A DNA stretch of 63,484 bases, filler included, from Dimorphilus gyrociliatus (taxonomy: Eukaryota > Animalia > Annelida), in assembly GCA_904063045.1 (NCBI GenBank). It is 3 parts of 3 records of this genome, joined end to end, with 100 filler letters (N's around TTAATTAATTAA, not from the genome) between each part and the next. Parts side by side here need not be neighbours in the genome. Positions count along the whole stretch, not along the records: positions 26,287 to 45,546 come from CAJFCJ010000122.1; positions 45,647 to 63,484 come from CAJFCJ010000183.1; 1 more part is not named here. One strand, written 5' to 3'. A program made the translations under genes and the position numbers. This document shows positions 38,001-51,700 of this stretch, piece after piece. The notes under the pieces were generated by a model, which ran no database searches, was not told where the DNA came from, and was given only the letters and a program-made list of their open reading frames with translations. How positions within the stretch are numbered: the stretch's first letter is position 1; the number at the start of each line of letters is the position of its first letter.

Positions 38001-38224
38001 GTAGTTTCATTAACATATACAGAGGTTTAGCTACTCTTGCAAAATCTTGCATAAATTTTCTGTAATAGCCACAAAACGCAACAAAGCTTAGTAGTGAATT
38101 TGCAAACACTGGTGGCTGTAAATTATATAATTTATCTGTCTTGGTGTACACATTTAGGCAGTTTGTAGGTACTAAACACATAAGCTCGTAACCAGGCTCA
38201 CAAACTCACACAATACACCCAAAT

Positions 38225-38641
38225 TGTTACATTTCATTCATCAATGGAAAGCAATATTGAAAGAGTATTATAGAGTACTTTACACACCTAAAACTACAAC
38301 ATACACTATTTAAACTAAGTTGTAAAAGTATTTTACAACTTAGATGTTAACCCTAATTATTATACACATCATATTTAATGAATATTAATTATATGTTCCA
38401 CTATTCTATTTATATTTGGAGCTTTTAGATTATTGTCACTTTTCAACAGTATTGTATGCACAATACTATATTGAATGATTAAGTTTAATACTTTTATCCT
38501 ACCAGTCCTTTACACAGAAACATATTATCTTACACAAACAATTATTATTAATAATTTGTTGTATATTAAAACGGCATCAAGTTGACCTTTTCCTATTTTT
38601 GTGTTTTGGAATCAATCCAACTTCTATTAATAATTGTTACA
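38225..38641. repeat. Putative LTR between the two divergent Gypsy copies
   Basis: Bounded by TGTTACA at both ends; attgttacatctta..tctgacc matches the LTR/leader junction at about 61700 (minus); no second copy to confirm. Confidence 0.35.
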
Positions 38642-38989
38642 TCTTAGGCAACTTTCTGACCTACTAAAATAGGGAGCAAAAGTTCTCCAAGATAAAGAAA
38701 AAGTAACAAACATGGAAGTATATTTGAACTTTCCCTTTATCCAAATTGTTACATTTGTTTGTGTGAATATTTTTATCCGTGAACTGTGAACTATTGGAAA
38801 AGTATATAAACCCTACGAATTTAACAGTAGTCAGTTCAGTTTTCTAACCATCAGCTGGTTGTTCAAACTTGCTTGTTTAGAACTAGAAACTCATTTACTC
38901 AAATACATATTCTTTGAATGAAATACTGGTGTTTGTTGGTTAATTTTTACTGGAATTACATTTATTAAGACTACTTGTGGACGAACTTG

Positions 38990-41900
38990 AAAGGTTCTAT
39001 TTGGACCAGTACTTTGGCACATTGGTAAATGATTGGAGTGGACAAATTTGATAGTGACGAGCTAGGACTTCCTACAATTACAATACAACAAAGTACAAAT
39101 ATGGCGCAGTCGACAGCCCACAACACTTCTACAATGAATGATATTTTGGTTTTTGAAAATGACAAGACCAGAGGCAAAGAAATAGATGAGTATCTTACTA
39201 AAATAAATGAATTAATGTTGAGAATTAAAAGTAGTGGAGCCAAGGTTGATGGTAATAGTTTTTTGAAATACCATTTGATGACTGGGGCAGCTATAATTCC
39301 TGAAGGTATGGAGAACCCTTATCCTACTCAACCAAAATTCAATAATGATGGCATTCAAGATAATGCTTTGGAAAAGACAATTGCAAGTCTTCTAATTGAT
39401 GCTAATGAGAAACCTAATACTACTTTGCTAAGACCTTTTTCTGGTAGCAAAGATACTTGGGCCTTTAAGAGGAACTTTCAAACTGCTTGTGAATTAAACC
39501 TTTGGGATACAGAGGAAAAGAGAATTCGAATGTTGAGAAAATACACTACTGGAAGAGCCAGAGATGTAATTGAAAGCTTACCCTCCAGGGCAACTGAAAA
39601 TGAAATTTGGGATGCATTGGATGAAGAATTTAATCCAGATCCTATGGCTTATAAAAAAGATATTGATAGATTGAGACAGTTCAATGATGAAACTGTTCAA
39701 AGTTTTGTTAGAAGAAGTAAAGAACTTGTAGAGAAATTCCTACCATTCAAACCTACTGAGATGGTATGTGTTACTGAGAGAGTTAGAGAACTGCAACTCC
39801 TTAGTATATTCAGGAATGGTCTAAAAGGAAAAATTGTGAACCATGTGGAAAAAGATGGAAAAATTAGCTCAGTAATCCAATATATTAAATTGGCAAAAAG
39901 AGCAGAAATTTACTTTAATAATGCAAGGAGAGAAGATGAAAATGAATTCAAGCAATTCAAAAAAAGATTTGATAACAATAATAGTTATGCGAATGATAAT
40001 GACCATAAATTTACACCTTTTTCTCAAAATAGGACCCATCAATACCAAAGATCTGGAAATGAGAGAGGTACCTTCAACAGATTAATTCATGCTGAACCTG
40101 ATCAACCTAATGAAAGAGAAACTTCCAAGGGTACAATGGCAATATTTAATCTTAAAGAGGAGAAAGTTGCACATTTCAAGTGCACATCTCAAATAAAAGG
40201 AAGAGATGATTTCCAATTTCGTTTAAAGAATCATAATGGAAGAGAAGTGATTGCATTATGTGACACAGGAGCACTCATGTCATTTATCACTGAAAAAGAA
40301 ATTAAATTATTGGACCAAAAATGGGTAAAGAGAGAAACCACTTCATTACCAATAATAACTTCAGCTGATGGAAATGCTTTGAAAACTAAAGGTAAAGCAA
40401 AACTTAACATACAATTTGCTGGAAGAATAATGGAACAAGAATTCTTTATAATGGAAAAATTGGATATGGCAATAATTTTGGGATGTGACTTCTTAAGAAA
40501 GTCTGGAGCAATAATCAACTTTGCAATTAAACAAGTTTCACTCCCATTCTTTATAAGAAAAGGAGAACCTGTTAAAACTTTTCTACAAAAAAGACAAAAG
40601 GATCAAACACACAAAAGAAACCAAAGGAAACCTAACAAACTAACTGTAGGAATGATTGGACAATATGCTCATGAACATGATGACCCATCTGAAGTGTCAG
40701 ATAGTGTGGATTCAGATATGGATATTACTGAGCCAGATACTGGATATGATACAAGTAATACTTATGGCTCAAATGAAACTTTGAGTTCTTCTGAAAATTA
40801 TGATACAGAGATGAGTAATGAACCAGAGCATAACTCAGACTCAGATTTGGATATTGTTAATGGTATAAAGTCATCTGAAGAAGAAAATGGCAACATAACA
40901 GATTCAGACAATGACTCAGTTATTATCATTAACTCATCTGCTGAAGAAACTGAAACTGAATCTGAAGAATTAATTACAGAAATGGAAATGAAAACACAAT
41001 ACATAGAATTAAAGGATGGAATGACTATCAAAGTTGAAAAAGAACAAATGAAAACTCCAGCAACTCCTGAGATAGAAGAATTACTGCTGGAAAGTGTTGA
41101 GTTTGGACATATGTCTAATCAAAATATACACCACATTAATTCAACTACAGTAGAAATTGACAACTATTTACATGTGTCCAAAAATAATCCTGACAAAGTC
41201 AGGGAAGAATTGAAAGAAATCATCAAGAATTATGAAGACATTATTGCTACAAATCAAAATGACATTGGCTCACCAGATGTTCCACCAATGGCAATTGAAT
41301 TATTGGAAGATGTGAAACCTTTTAAACAAAGACCATACAGATTACCACCCAACAAACAACAGGAATGTAGGGAACAACTTAATGGATTATTAGCAAATGG
41401 TTTGATTAGAGCAAGCAAAAGCCAATGGGCTTCACCAATTGTTTTTGTGAAAAAGAAAGAAGGAACATTAAGAATGTGTGTAGATTACAGAAAACTTAAC
41501 AAGCATTCAAAAAAGAATTGTTATCCAATCCCACACCAAGAAGATTTATTTGACAAACTTGGAGGAGGACATAAATACTTTTCCATCTTGGATTTGACAA
41601 GTGCATTTCACCACATCCCTATCAAGGAAGAAGACAAAGAAAAAACTGCTTTCATAACACCATTTGGTCTATTTGAATTTAATCGAATGCCTTTTGGTTT
41701 AGCAAATGCACCCTCACACTTCAGCTATATTATGGCAAATTTTGTCATAAATGGATTGGAAAATTTCTGTATTAACTATATGGATGATATTATTGTTTTT
41801 ACCAAAACATTGGAGGAGCACTACACAAGTCTACAGAAACTGATGGAAAGAATCAAAGAAAAGGACTTCAGAATCAAGTTAAGCAAATGTGCATTTCTAC

Positions 41901-44900
41901 AAGAATCAGTACAATTTCTTGGTCATAGAATTACACAGAATGGTATTGAAACTGATCCAGAAAAGATTCAAAAGATAAAAGATGCTGAATTACCAATGTT
42001 TGCAAATACTTTACTAAGTTTTGTTGCATTTTGTGGTTATTATAGACGATTTATCAAGGACTTTGCAAAAATTACAAAACCATTGAGAGAATTATTAAAA
42101 CTACATCAGAAGACTGAAAGACTAAAATGGACTACAGAAGCAGAGAAAGCGTATCAGACACTAAAGAAATCAATGACAGAACCACCAATACTTCAACTAC
42201 CTGATTTTAGTAAACCATTCTATCTAACAACAGATGCCTCCAATTATGCAGTTGGTGCAGTTTTAGAACAAGAATGGGAAGAAGATGGAAAGAAAATAAG
42301 AAAGCCAATTTCTTTTGCTTCAAAACTCCTAATCAATACACAACTAAGGTATGCAGCTTATCAAAAAGAAGCTTTTGCAGTCTATTGGGCAGTACAAAAA
42401 TTCTCCCATTACTTGCAGTATAAGAAATTTTTTCTTTACACTGATCACCAAAATTTGGTACAAACATTTGTACAAAACAAATTAAATTCAAGTACTGTTA
42501 AATGGGTTATGGCACTTATGGATATGGACTTTGAAATAATTTACATACCTGGAAGAACCAACAGAGCAGACTGGATATCCAGAATTGGAGAAACTGATGA
42601 AGTTATTGATTTCCGAAATTTACTAAAGGAAAGACTAATGAAGAAAAACAAAATGGCAATACAATTCCACAATTAGCAGAAAGAAAGGATATGCTTAAAT
42701 GCTTTTATATTGATACAGAAGATTTAGAAGACTTAGCTGATTGTTTGGATGAATTTTTAGACAATAATGATGGTTATGATGAAGAAGCAGATGACAAAAA
42801 ATTACAGGTCATGAAATTAAAAATAAACCTGTTGAGATAAACTTCTACACTGAACAAGTTTTGGATGACACGCTAATGAAAATTGTAGAAAAATTGGAAG
42901 GAGCAAATATTGATGTTGAAATGTTCAAGGAATACAAAAATTTTATTGAACATATGTTTGTCAAAGATGATTTAGTATGGTATCTGAATGGTTGTCAACC
43001 ATTACTGGTAATTCCACTACTAACTTTAACAAACTACTGAACCAAATACATCAACATCAAATATTTGAACACTATGGTGTAGACATAACAATTCATACTT
43101 TGGAACAAGCTTTCTGGCATCCACAACTTAAGAAAACAATTAAAGACCATATAAAGAATTGCAAATTCTGTGAACAATTAAGAGCACCTGGAAACAAACA
43201 TCTATTGGTTGAAACACCCCATCCAACTCTACCAATGCAAAGAATTGCAATGGACATAATGGGACCACTAACAGGACATGAATCTTACAAATACATACTT
43301 GTCATTATAGATCACATGTCAAGATTTACAAACTATTTCCATTAAAAACTCAGACAGCTGAAGAAATATCAAAACACTTGTTTTTTAACTACTTTCCAAT
43401 ATTTGGTATTCCAGAAGAAATTCTCACAGACCAAGGACGGAATTTTCTGGGGGAAATATTTACAGAGATGGTTACATCAATGGGAATAAGGAAAATAAAA
43501 ACAACAGCATTCCATAGCCAAAGTAATGGAATGGTAGAAAGAAAGAATTTGGAAATTCGCAGAGCACTACATAAACATGTAGTTATGGAACAATTAACAG
43601 ATTGGACAAGACAATTACCAATAATTCAAACATGCTTAAACCAAATTCCAGTGGGAAGCACAGGCAAAACTCCACATGAAATATTATTTGGATTGAAGAA
43701 TAGGAATGTCTTAGATTTGTTAATGGAAGTTCCAAGATTAGAACCAACAACAAAATTTCTATTTGATAGAAAGCATGAAATGGAAGAAATAAGAGCTACT
43801 GCATTGTGCAAATCTGTCATGAAAAGAAGGCATATAGAGATAGAGTAAACAAACTATCACAAGAAAACCCCAACTTACCAAATTGGTGAATGGGTACACA
43901 TAAAAAATGAACACATTGGTCAAGGAATGAATAGGATAAATACAAGCAAATGGAGTGGACATACATTGTAACTGCTACTGATACTACAAAATGTCTTTAT
44001 GAATTGGAAATATTAAATGGCAAAAGAAAATTCTACCATGCTAGTAGACTAAGATTGGCTAACAAACAACCAACTAGAGTTAACACATCAAGGTAGAGAA
44101 ACAAGAAAGGAAAGTTGGAACACTTCCTATAAGAGGATCCATTGTTTACACTCTGCTAGCGCTATGCTTATTAAACTTGGTTCAGGGAAATGTATCAATA
44201 ACAAAAGCAAACATAACTGTGAGAATGCTTCTTCAGTACAATTCTGTCAAGGGCAACAAGTACATCAGTCATTTGATCTGGCTGATGAACCAATTTGCAC
44301 ATTCAAAACTAAACAAATGACCAAAATAATGGCAAATATTTATGAAATTAAAGCTGATAATTTGGCAATACAAGCTGTTAAGTGTTTGGTAAAGAGAAGA
44401 ATCAACTTTTACACTCATTACTTCTTTGGAGCAAAGAAACACAGAGTTGAAAAACAAACACTTACCTTAAGTGACAAACAATGCAGAAAAATGTTATTGT
44501 CAAAAAAGACCTTAAATGGACAAAAACTCATTGAAAAAGGAAACCTTCTAATGTACAATGAAAACAAAGGATCAAACTACAAATGGCCAAGAACAACAGT
44601 GGTTGAAGAATTTACAACAATTCTCCAAATTGGCAAAGCTTATTGGCACCCAAGTCAGGATAAGATAACAACCAACTTGGAATATTTAGAGGACTGTTCT
44701 ATCAAACATAAATTTTGTAGAACTCTGGATTCCATTATTATTTTCAATCCTCAGAAAGGACAAAATCTCCTTGGTCATGAATCCCATGGAAAGCAGTATC
44801 CTACAATGTAGAGTGCATTAAGCTTGGAGGATATTTTTCATGTCCCAACTATGCAATAATGGATTTACCTTATCAAGATAGATATATCAAAGGATATGGT

Positions 44901-45540
44901 GGTCCTGGAACAAGAATTTTAGTACCCAGAAGGAATACGACTTATTAAGAACTGATCTTACAAATTCAAATTATGCTGATAACAGAATGATGGCAGATAT
45001 CAAATATAAAATCATTTCAAACAAAGAAGTTGCAAGATTGCAGAATTATGATGGAAAGATATCAACTTTGAGAAAAGCAAATAATACAGAAATACAAAAT
45101 ATACTAACTATAATGATTGGTATAGAGATGGTGACAAGACTTATCATATGCTGATCAAAAATCATGTAACACCATGGTTAGGACCTGGATGGTCAGAGAA
45201 ATAATCTCACCTGATATATGGGATATTACAACAAATACATACTCAAAATGTTGAAAACAACCAAAATGGAACCTGCTAGAATGGCAAAAGCAGAAGATTT
45301 TGAACTCAACAAGAAGAAATTAGTTTCAATCCTTACAAGACTGGACACTTGGTACCAAAGTCCAAAAGATAAACAATTTCAAACACATCAAGCAAATGGA
45401 AAATTTACACTTTTGCAAAGAACACCAAAGAAGCATGAATGGAGGAGAAGAGTATCAGAAAGCATACAGATGCCAAAATTTCACAAAATAGACATAGCAG
45501 ATGCTATTCGACATCTGCTTTATTAAATAACATTGATAAA
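38990..45540 (+). mobile_element. Env-bearing Gypsy element: gag-PR-acidic spacer-RT-RNaseH (ORF 39029-42676), disrupted IN (about 42700-44070), disrupted env (44140-45500); cut by the contig end
   Basis: Gag LRQFNDETVQSF; CDTGA; LRMCVDYRKLN, YMDD, TTDASN; IN fragments IAMDIMGP, TDQGRNF, GMVERKN; env HYFFGAK..YKWP homologous to the minus copy. Confidence 0.95.
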
Positions 45541-45546
45541 AATTTC

Positions 45547-45646
45547 NNNNNNNNNNNNNNNNNNNNNNNNNNNNNNNNNNNNNNNNNNNNTTAATTAATT
45601 AANNNNNNNNNNNNNNNNNNNNNNNNNNNNNNNNNNNNNNNNNNNN
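45547..45646. other. Artificial contig-joining spacer
   Basis: N44-TTAATTAATTAA-N44. Confidence 0.98.
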
Positions 45647-46069
45647 AAAAATGTTTTTGCTATTTTTAGACTTTAAATAGGGTAAGGTTATTGTCCACTT
45701 CACACCTGTTTACAAGACTAAAACGAAAATATTTTTAAATTGCAATTGCAATTAACTTTTAAAAAATGAATTAAAATTAAGCTCTCTTTCATATGTAACA
45801 AATACATTTTTAAGAATGTCTGGTTTTTACAAAAAATGTAATAATATTTTCAAAGTTTTTTATTCTTTTGCCAATTCTATTGTGACTCTATCGATGATGA
45901 TCAAATGTTATATTTCCTACAAAATGGAAGTCTTACTAAATTTCCATGAAGAAAGAGTTATATTTATGTAACCCTGAAAAAAATTATAGAAAATTATCAT
46001 AATTGTGAAAATTATTAGCAAAATTTTTTTATTAATTTTCATTGTTTTTTTCATTATTTGGCGGTAAGC

Positions 46070-46830
46070 CCAAATTAACTGTACATCCGGATTTTATCCA
46101 GTTTTGTGTTTAAATAGATGTCTTAAACTGAAATTTTTTTCAACAAAATTAATTTTCCAAGTGAAATTGATTACTTATTATCTATTTTACCTACTTTAGT
46201 TAATTTTTATATCATTTATTTCATTATGGCATGGGGTAAAGAATTTAGGAACCTGGTAATCCAGAAATATGAAGAATTGAGGAAAGTAAGGGAAACTGCA
46301 AGGGCTTTGGAAATGGCATCATCTACAGTTAGCGACATTTTAAGATATAAGTCACCCAAACAAGAGAATAGGGGTTGTCCAAAGAGACTCACAGAAAGAG
46401 ATGTAGCAAGAATGAATGGGATTGTGAAGAGACTTAAAAGAAACAAGGAAAGGATGACAGCTAGGAAGATTTCAAATGAATTAGAGGTAGATGTAGGCGT
46501 GAAGAAAATTCAGAGAGAGTTGAAATAGCAAAATTTTAAATACAAACGAATTCGACAAAGAGTTGATCTCACAAGCAATGACCACACAAGAAGAAAACAG
46601 TATTGTCTACAAACTATTCGAGATAATTTAGGATGAATGGCATATATATCTAATCAATTGGCCAGCGAAGAGCCCTAACCTTACCCCAATAGAAAAAGTG
46701 TGGCACCTGACTAAAAATTTGGTTTATGATGGGGCACAATTCACATCAAAAGATGAACTATGGGGGGAAATTAAAAAATGCTCCTACCAACTTGTAAACA
46801 AAAATCCGGACTTATTTCTATGTAGATCCA
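46070..46830 (+). mobile_element. Internally deleted Tc1-like transposon remnant
   Basis: HTH region (RETARALEMASSTVSDIL..RGCPKRLTERD) then WPAKSPNLTPIEKVW after a deletion. Confidence 0.8.
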
Positions 46831-46919
46831 AGTTTTGCCTAATATTTCATTGCTAAAAAATAGAAAAAAAGATCTTTTTTGATCAAGAAAAAGATTTTAA
46901 TCTTCAGCCTATCAAAATT

Positions 46920-47120
46920 GGATGTTGTTGAAAAGGCCCACAGTTTTGTGGTTTTACCCTAACCCAGCCCTGGACCCTTTTTTAAGCGCTTTATTGCTCC
47001 TAACCCTTAGTTTGGACCCACCTAATTACAAATCAATTGTTGGAATATTTTTCCTAACCCTTTCCCAACCCAAAATCTCACCTCAAAATAACTGCAAAAT
47101 GGGCGTTTTCAACAGCCCCC
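46920..47120 (+). mobile_element. MULE-derived MITE, variant TIR (copy 4)
   Basis: TIRs ggatgttgttgaaaaggccca / tgggcgttttcaacagccccc; exact 9-bp TSD atcaaaatt; core homologous to MITE copies 1-3. Confidence 0.88.
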
Positions 47121-47599
47121 CATCAAAATTTATGATGTCCGGGTATTTTAGACCTTTACTTTATTGTTCAGTGAAAAAAATGTTCTTAAGTTTGCTTTTT
47201 TTAAATCTAAAACAAAGATGTAGATGATATTTTTTCACAAGAATTGTGCGGTAAAAATAAATATCATTTCAGTCTTCTCTTGAATTAGTTTTAAATAAAA
47301 TTTAGAGAAATAGCTTAGATGGATGGTAACGTCTGTTCTTTTATAGAAAAGAAGCATCTGTAATTAATTAAAATCTATTAATATTATTACTCTTGTTCTA
47401 AACACAATGCTAACATTTGCTTAAATAGTAGCGACAAAGAAGAAGATTTCTTGAGTTTTGTCAGAACTTTAGATTATGTCTACTTAATGAGGATGTAATA
47501 TGGTGCAGCAAATCTTAGACAAAACAGCTCCATTCCAACCTCAAAACGTTGACGATTGGATTGAGTTTAAGTCACCCCCCCAGATCAGAGTTCCTTAGT

Positions 47600-49130
47600 A
47601 CATACCAAACCGAAAATTAAAGCGAAGACTCAAACTTTGAGCAAAGATTATAGATGTATGTGTGCCGAAAATCATGTTTGGCCTATTGTCCGGTTTACAT
47701 CAATTTTGATGTGAAAGAAAAACAACTGATGGTTGAAAGGTTCTACAGGTGTCAGAACTGTCTATGAGGCGGACATACTAGTGAAAAATGTCCGTCAAAA
47801 TTCAATTGCAAGAAGTGCAATCAAGCTCATCACACAACATTATATCACACAGGGGCAACAACCCTAAAAACGATATCTACTATCAACTATAATCAATTAA
47901 AGGAAAAGCAAGAAAGAATGACCGTATATGAGACAACAGTACAAATTCCAGCGTCTGGTAAATCAACCAATCACAAAATTACCGCTCTTATCAACACTGG
48001 AGTGGTAGTGTCCCTGATTAGCAGACAATGTTTAGAAACTACATCGTACAATTCAGTAGCTGAAAATTGTTGCTGAATTGATATATCTTATGTCAATAAT
48101 GAGCTTCAAACAATAGGTTAAAGTCATATTCCCTAAATTGGGGAGTAAATACAACGCCGATGCCCACGTGGTGGATTCACTATCTACCATACCAGAACAA
48201 CCTCTGATAAAAATCAACTCAAAGTACACTGAACCACCACTTCCAAGTGGCAGAATAGACTTACTTATAGGACATAGTCTAAGACAGGATAGATCACATT
48301 CACATCTCGGTCCTATACAACTGTATAGAACTAAGGACTATAACTTCATGCAATATGCACTCGGATGGTTCAAAACTATCCCCCTTATCATGCGACGTCC
48401 CATTCGGACTGTACCGTAAATATGATCTATGCAGAGACACAGCTGAATGTCCACCATATTGATCAAGTAATTGATCTACCTGATGTGGACGACCTTGGTG
48501 CAGATCCATCCAGCTCTATTAATGACACTAGAGCAAGTGACATTATGGCAAACTATGTTCAGACATCTAAAACTTATTGGACCTTCCCTCTCCCTTTCAA
48601 ACACAACCCGAATGTACTAACCAACAACTACATTATTGCTAGAAATCGATTTCAGGCCATTCGTCAGAAACCCATTTATAAGGATTATAATGACGAATAC
48701 AAGTCAGGAATCCAATCTTTGTTTGACAATAGCTATGCTCGACGAGTGTCGCACAAGGAAGTTAACTTTTATTTACCTTATCATGGTGTACCTAATCCAA
48801 ACAAGAAAACAATAAGAATAGTCTTTGATGGTACCGCGAAATATAAAGGTTTTTCCCTGAACGATACACTCATCACGAGCTCTTCCCTACTATGTAACCA
48901 GGCCCATCTCCTTACTTTGTGGCGAACCCAACCCCATTTTATCTTAGCTGACATTAAGCAGATGTTTATGAATATATGTGTAGACATCAAACATCAACTC
49001 TATTTCAGTTTCCTGTACGAAGACCCAAAAAAGGAAAACAATATTTTATTTGCCGTATATATCAAAACACTCTTTGACTGCTTTCCATCATCAAATTGTG
49101 CCTTTGTACCTGAAGGGGGCTGTCTATAAT
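47600..49130 (+). mobile_element. BEL/Pao retrotransposon remnant (gag knuckles, protease, RT)
   Basis: CQNCL*GGHTSEKCPSKFNCKKCNQAHHTTL; ALINTG; FYLPYHGV..IRIVFDG..SLND..ADIKQMF. Confidence 0.9.
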
Positions 49131-50306
49131 ATTTTTTTTAGCAGAATGTCACCAAGCGTCTTAACATTGAAAAATTCAAAAACTTGGTGGTATTCCAGCA
49201 AATAAACTTGCAGAAAAGTCCATAAAAAGTCAATAAAACAACCAGAAACCAATTCTAAAGTTAGAAGAAAGTTCACTAGGTAAATTCTCTATTCCAATTA
49301 TGGGCTTAAGAATATGTAGACTTATATTACAAATTTTTATTCTACTCATCTTTTGTGTTGACATGTCTTTTCTTCTTTTTCTATATAACATATCTACAGT
49401 ATATATGAATGATGTTGTTACCTTTTTGACTCATCTTAATTGGAAAGTTGTTGTCCCTGACTATAAAGTCTTTGTAAAGTTGGCAAGTCGTTTTGTAAGC
49501 ATCTCAAATGCATCGCATTCATAATTCCTTACAAATTCAAATTAGAAAAGTATTTCTGTTGTTTTTAATATTTTCCAGTGTGAGTTAACAAATTGGTTAG
49601 ACATTTTCATTAAACTCTAATGGAGATTTTAATTTAACAACCTTAACATCAAAATATTGATGCTTTATCATTCAATGATTGAAGTTCAACATAATCTTCA
49701 ATTGAATATAAACTTGAACTTGTAAAATTTTGATTTTCTTATCCAACTACAACTTTCATTAATGAAGAATAGTATCTGGCAAAATTTAATGCAACTGTTT
49801 AATTCACTTAAATCTATATTTTCAATAGAAAAACATATTTGAAAAAGCATTTGCTGCTGGTCAATAAAAATTGCTTATGAACTACAGTACGGATCATCTA
49901 ATTGAAGTACCACTGTATTGTTTTAGACTTAGATATTAGTAAGATATTTTGATAGAATGCAAGATAAACATAACTTATCTACTTTCTCACATGCATACGT
50001 GTTTAAAGTATTAAAAGCATTTTGGAGATAGCCATCTATAATGGCCAAAGTAGGCTCAAAGAGAAACAAGAAATCAGCAATATATAGTAACATGTATGAA
50101 AAGTGAAATACCATAGACCAAACATTAAATATTGTACTTTGTTGTACAGTAATTGTATGAATTTCTGTAAGGTGAATAAGATCAAAACACACATGCCAAG
50201 GGTTTGTCTGCAGACTTAGTTGTCCTAACCTTTTTTGGTGGTGGAGAAAACTTTTGTGTGACATGTCTTTTCTTCTTTTTCTATATAACATATATATACA
50301 GTATAT

Positions 50307-51700
50307 ACAGTACGGGCGGTAACTCACTGTTACACCTCAAAAAAATAATATTTTCTTGATTTTTTCTCTTTCCGTACTTAAAGAATGAAAATGAAGGATA
50401 TTATTATATTTAATAATATTCTTCTTATCATTATGGAAAGAAAATATATGTTTTTTATTTAAAATCTCAGAAATATGATCACTTTAATGTGGTAGGCCTA
50501 TTTATGGAAAAGCACAAGCATCAATTATGTTCAAAAAATTTACACTGATCATTGAGTAGTGTCACTATTAACCAGATTTTAAGGTCATTTATGAGTGTGC
50601 ACATGTGTAATCTAACAGTTTGACAAATGTAAAATAAAAATGGTGAAGCTATCTGAAGCAACAAGAATTTCTATCTTAAATTGTCTTCAAAGACCAGAAA
50701 TGTCCATTCAAAAAGTGGCAAAGCTTTTTAAATGTAGTCCAACTACTGTACAAAACATAAGAAATAAATTTAAAGAGCTAAAAACTGTCAAAGATAAGCA
50801 AAGAAGTGGTAGACCAAAAAAAGTGACACAAAAGATGGAAAGGCAAATTACCAGGGCATCTACATCAAACCCAAAATGGATGGCCCATCAGGTATTATCT
50901 AATTCTGGTATACCTATATCTCTTTCTCTGACAACAGTGAAGCAGGTACAATGGAAAAATAAGTAAATGGGAGAATTGCAGCCAAAAAACCTGCTTTATT
51001 CAAGAGGCAGATAATAAGTAGGAAAGAGTTCTGTAGAGAGAGAGAAAAGTGGGGGATTGAAAATTGGAAAAAAGAAATTTTTTCTGATGAATCAAAGGTT
51101 GAGCTTCATCCCAGGAGGAGGGAGTTTGTTAGGAGGCCACTGGGTAAATGGAAGGACCCCAAATATACCACAAAAACAGTAAAATCTGGGGGAGGGAATA
51201 TCATGGTGTTTGGCTATATCAAATTTACCAGAGATAGGGGCCTAGCTTTAGTGTCTAATTGCATGACAGCTTCGGATTATGTCAATATTTTGAGCAGTCA
51301 TGTTGTCCCAAATTATAGGAGAGGGAAAATTTTCAAGCAGGATGGGGCTAGCTGTCATACAGCAGCCAGAACATAATCGTACCTCAAGAGAAAGGGAGTA
51401 GAAACACTGGATCCATGGCCAGCAAACAGCCCAGATCTGAACATAATTGAGCAAATATGAGGCACATGCAAAAAACATTTAATGGCAGTAAGCCAAGAAA
51501 CAAGGATGAGCTGTGGGAGATGTTTAGAGAGGAATTTTTTAAAATTGGAAATTCAATTCTTATATGAGACAATGGAAAGAAGGCTTAGGACTTTTTATGG
51601 ACTTTCCTGCAAGTTTATTTGCTGGAATACCACCAAGTTTTTGAATTTTTCAATGTTAAGACGCTTGGTGACATTCTGCTAAAAAAAATATTATAGACAG
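50307..51700 (+). mobile_element. Tc1-family transposon, degraded full-length transposase (50640-51660)
   Basis: RSGRPKK, IFSDESK, FKQDGASCHT, WPANSPDLNIIE; frameshifts and stops. Confidence 0.92.

Larger units (their letters stand above)
32230..38150 (-). mobile_element. 5'-truncated env-bearing Gypsy LTR retrotransposon: RT(C-term)-RNaseH-IN-PR-acidic spacer-env
   Basis: 1370-aa ORF 38181-34069 with TTDASN, HHCC, D-D-E (AMDIMGP, TDQGRNF, GLVERRN), WLGPY, CDTGA..ILGCDFL, an internal signal peptide and a Cys-rich env; the env C-terminus and TM continue with frameshifts to about 32680. Confidence 0.93.

Noticed and set aside
49340-50310. Element defined by a ~55-bp direct repeat (49343-49400, 50256-50305) with ORF 49929-50327
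   Set aside because: No TG..CA ends, PBS or coding similarity; the enclosed sequence looks like decayed coding DNA
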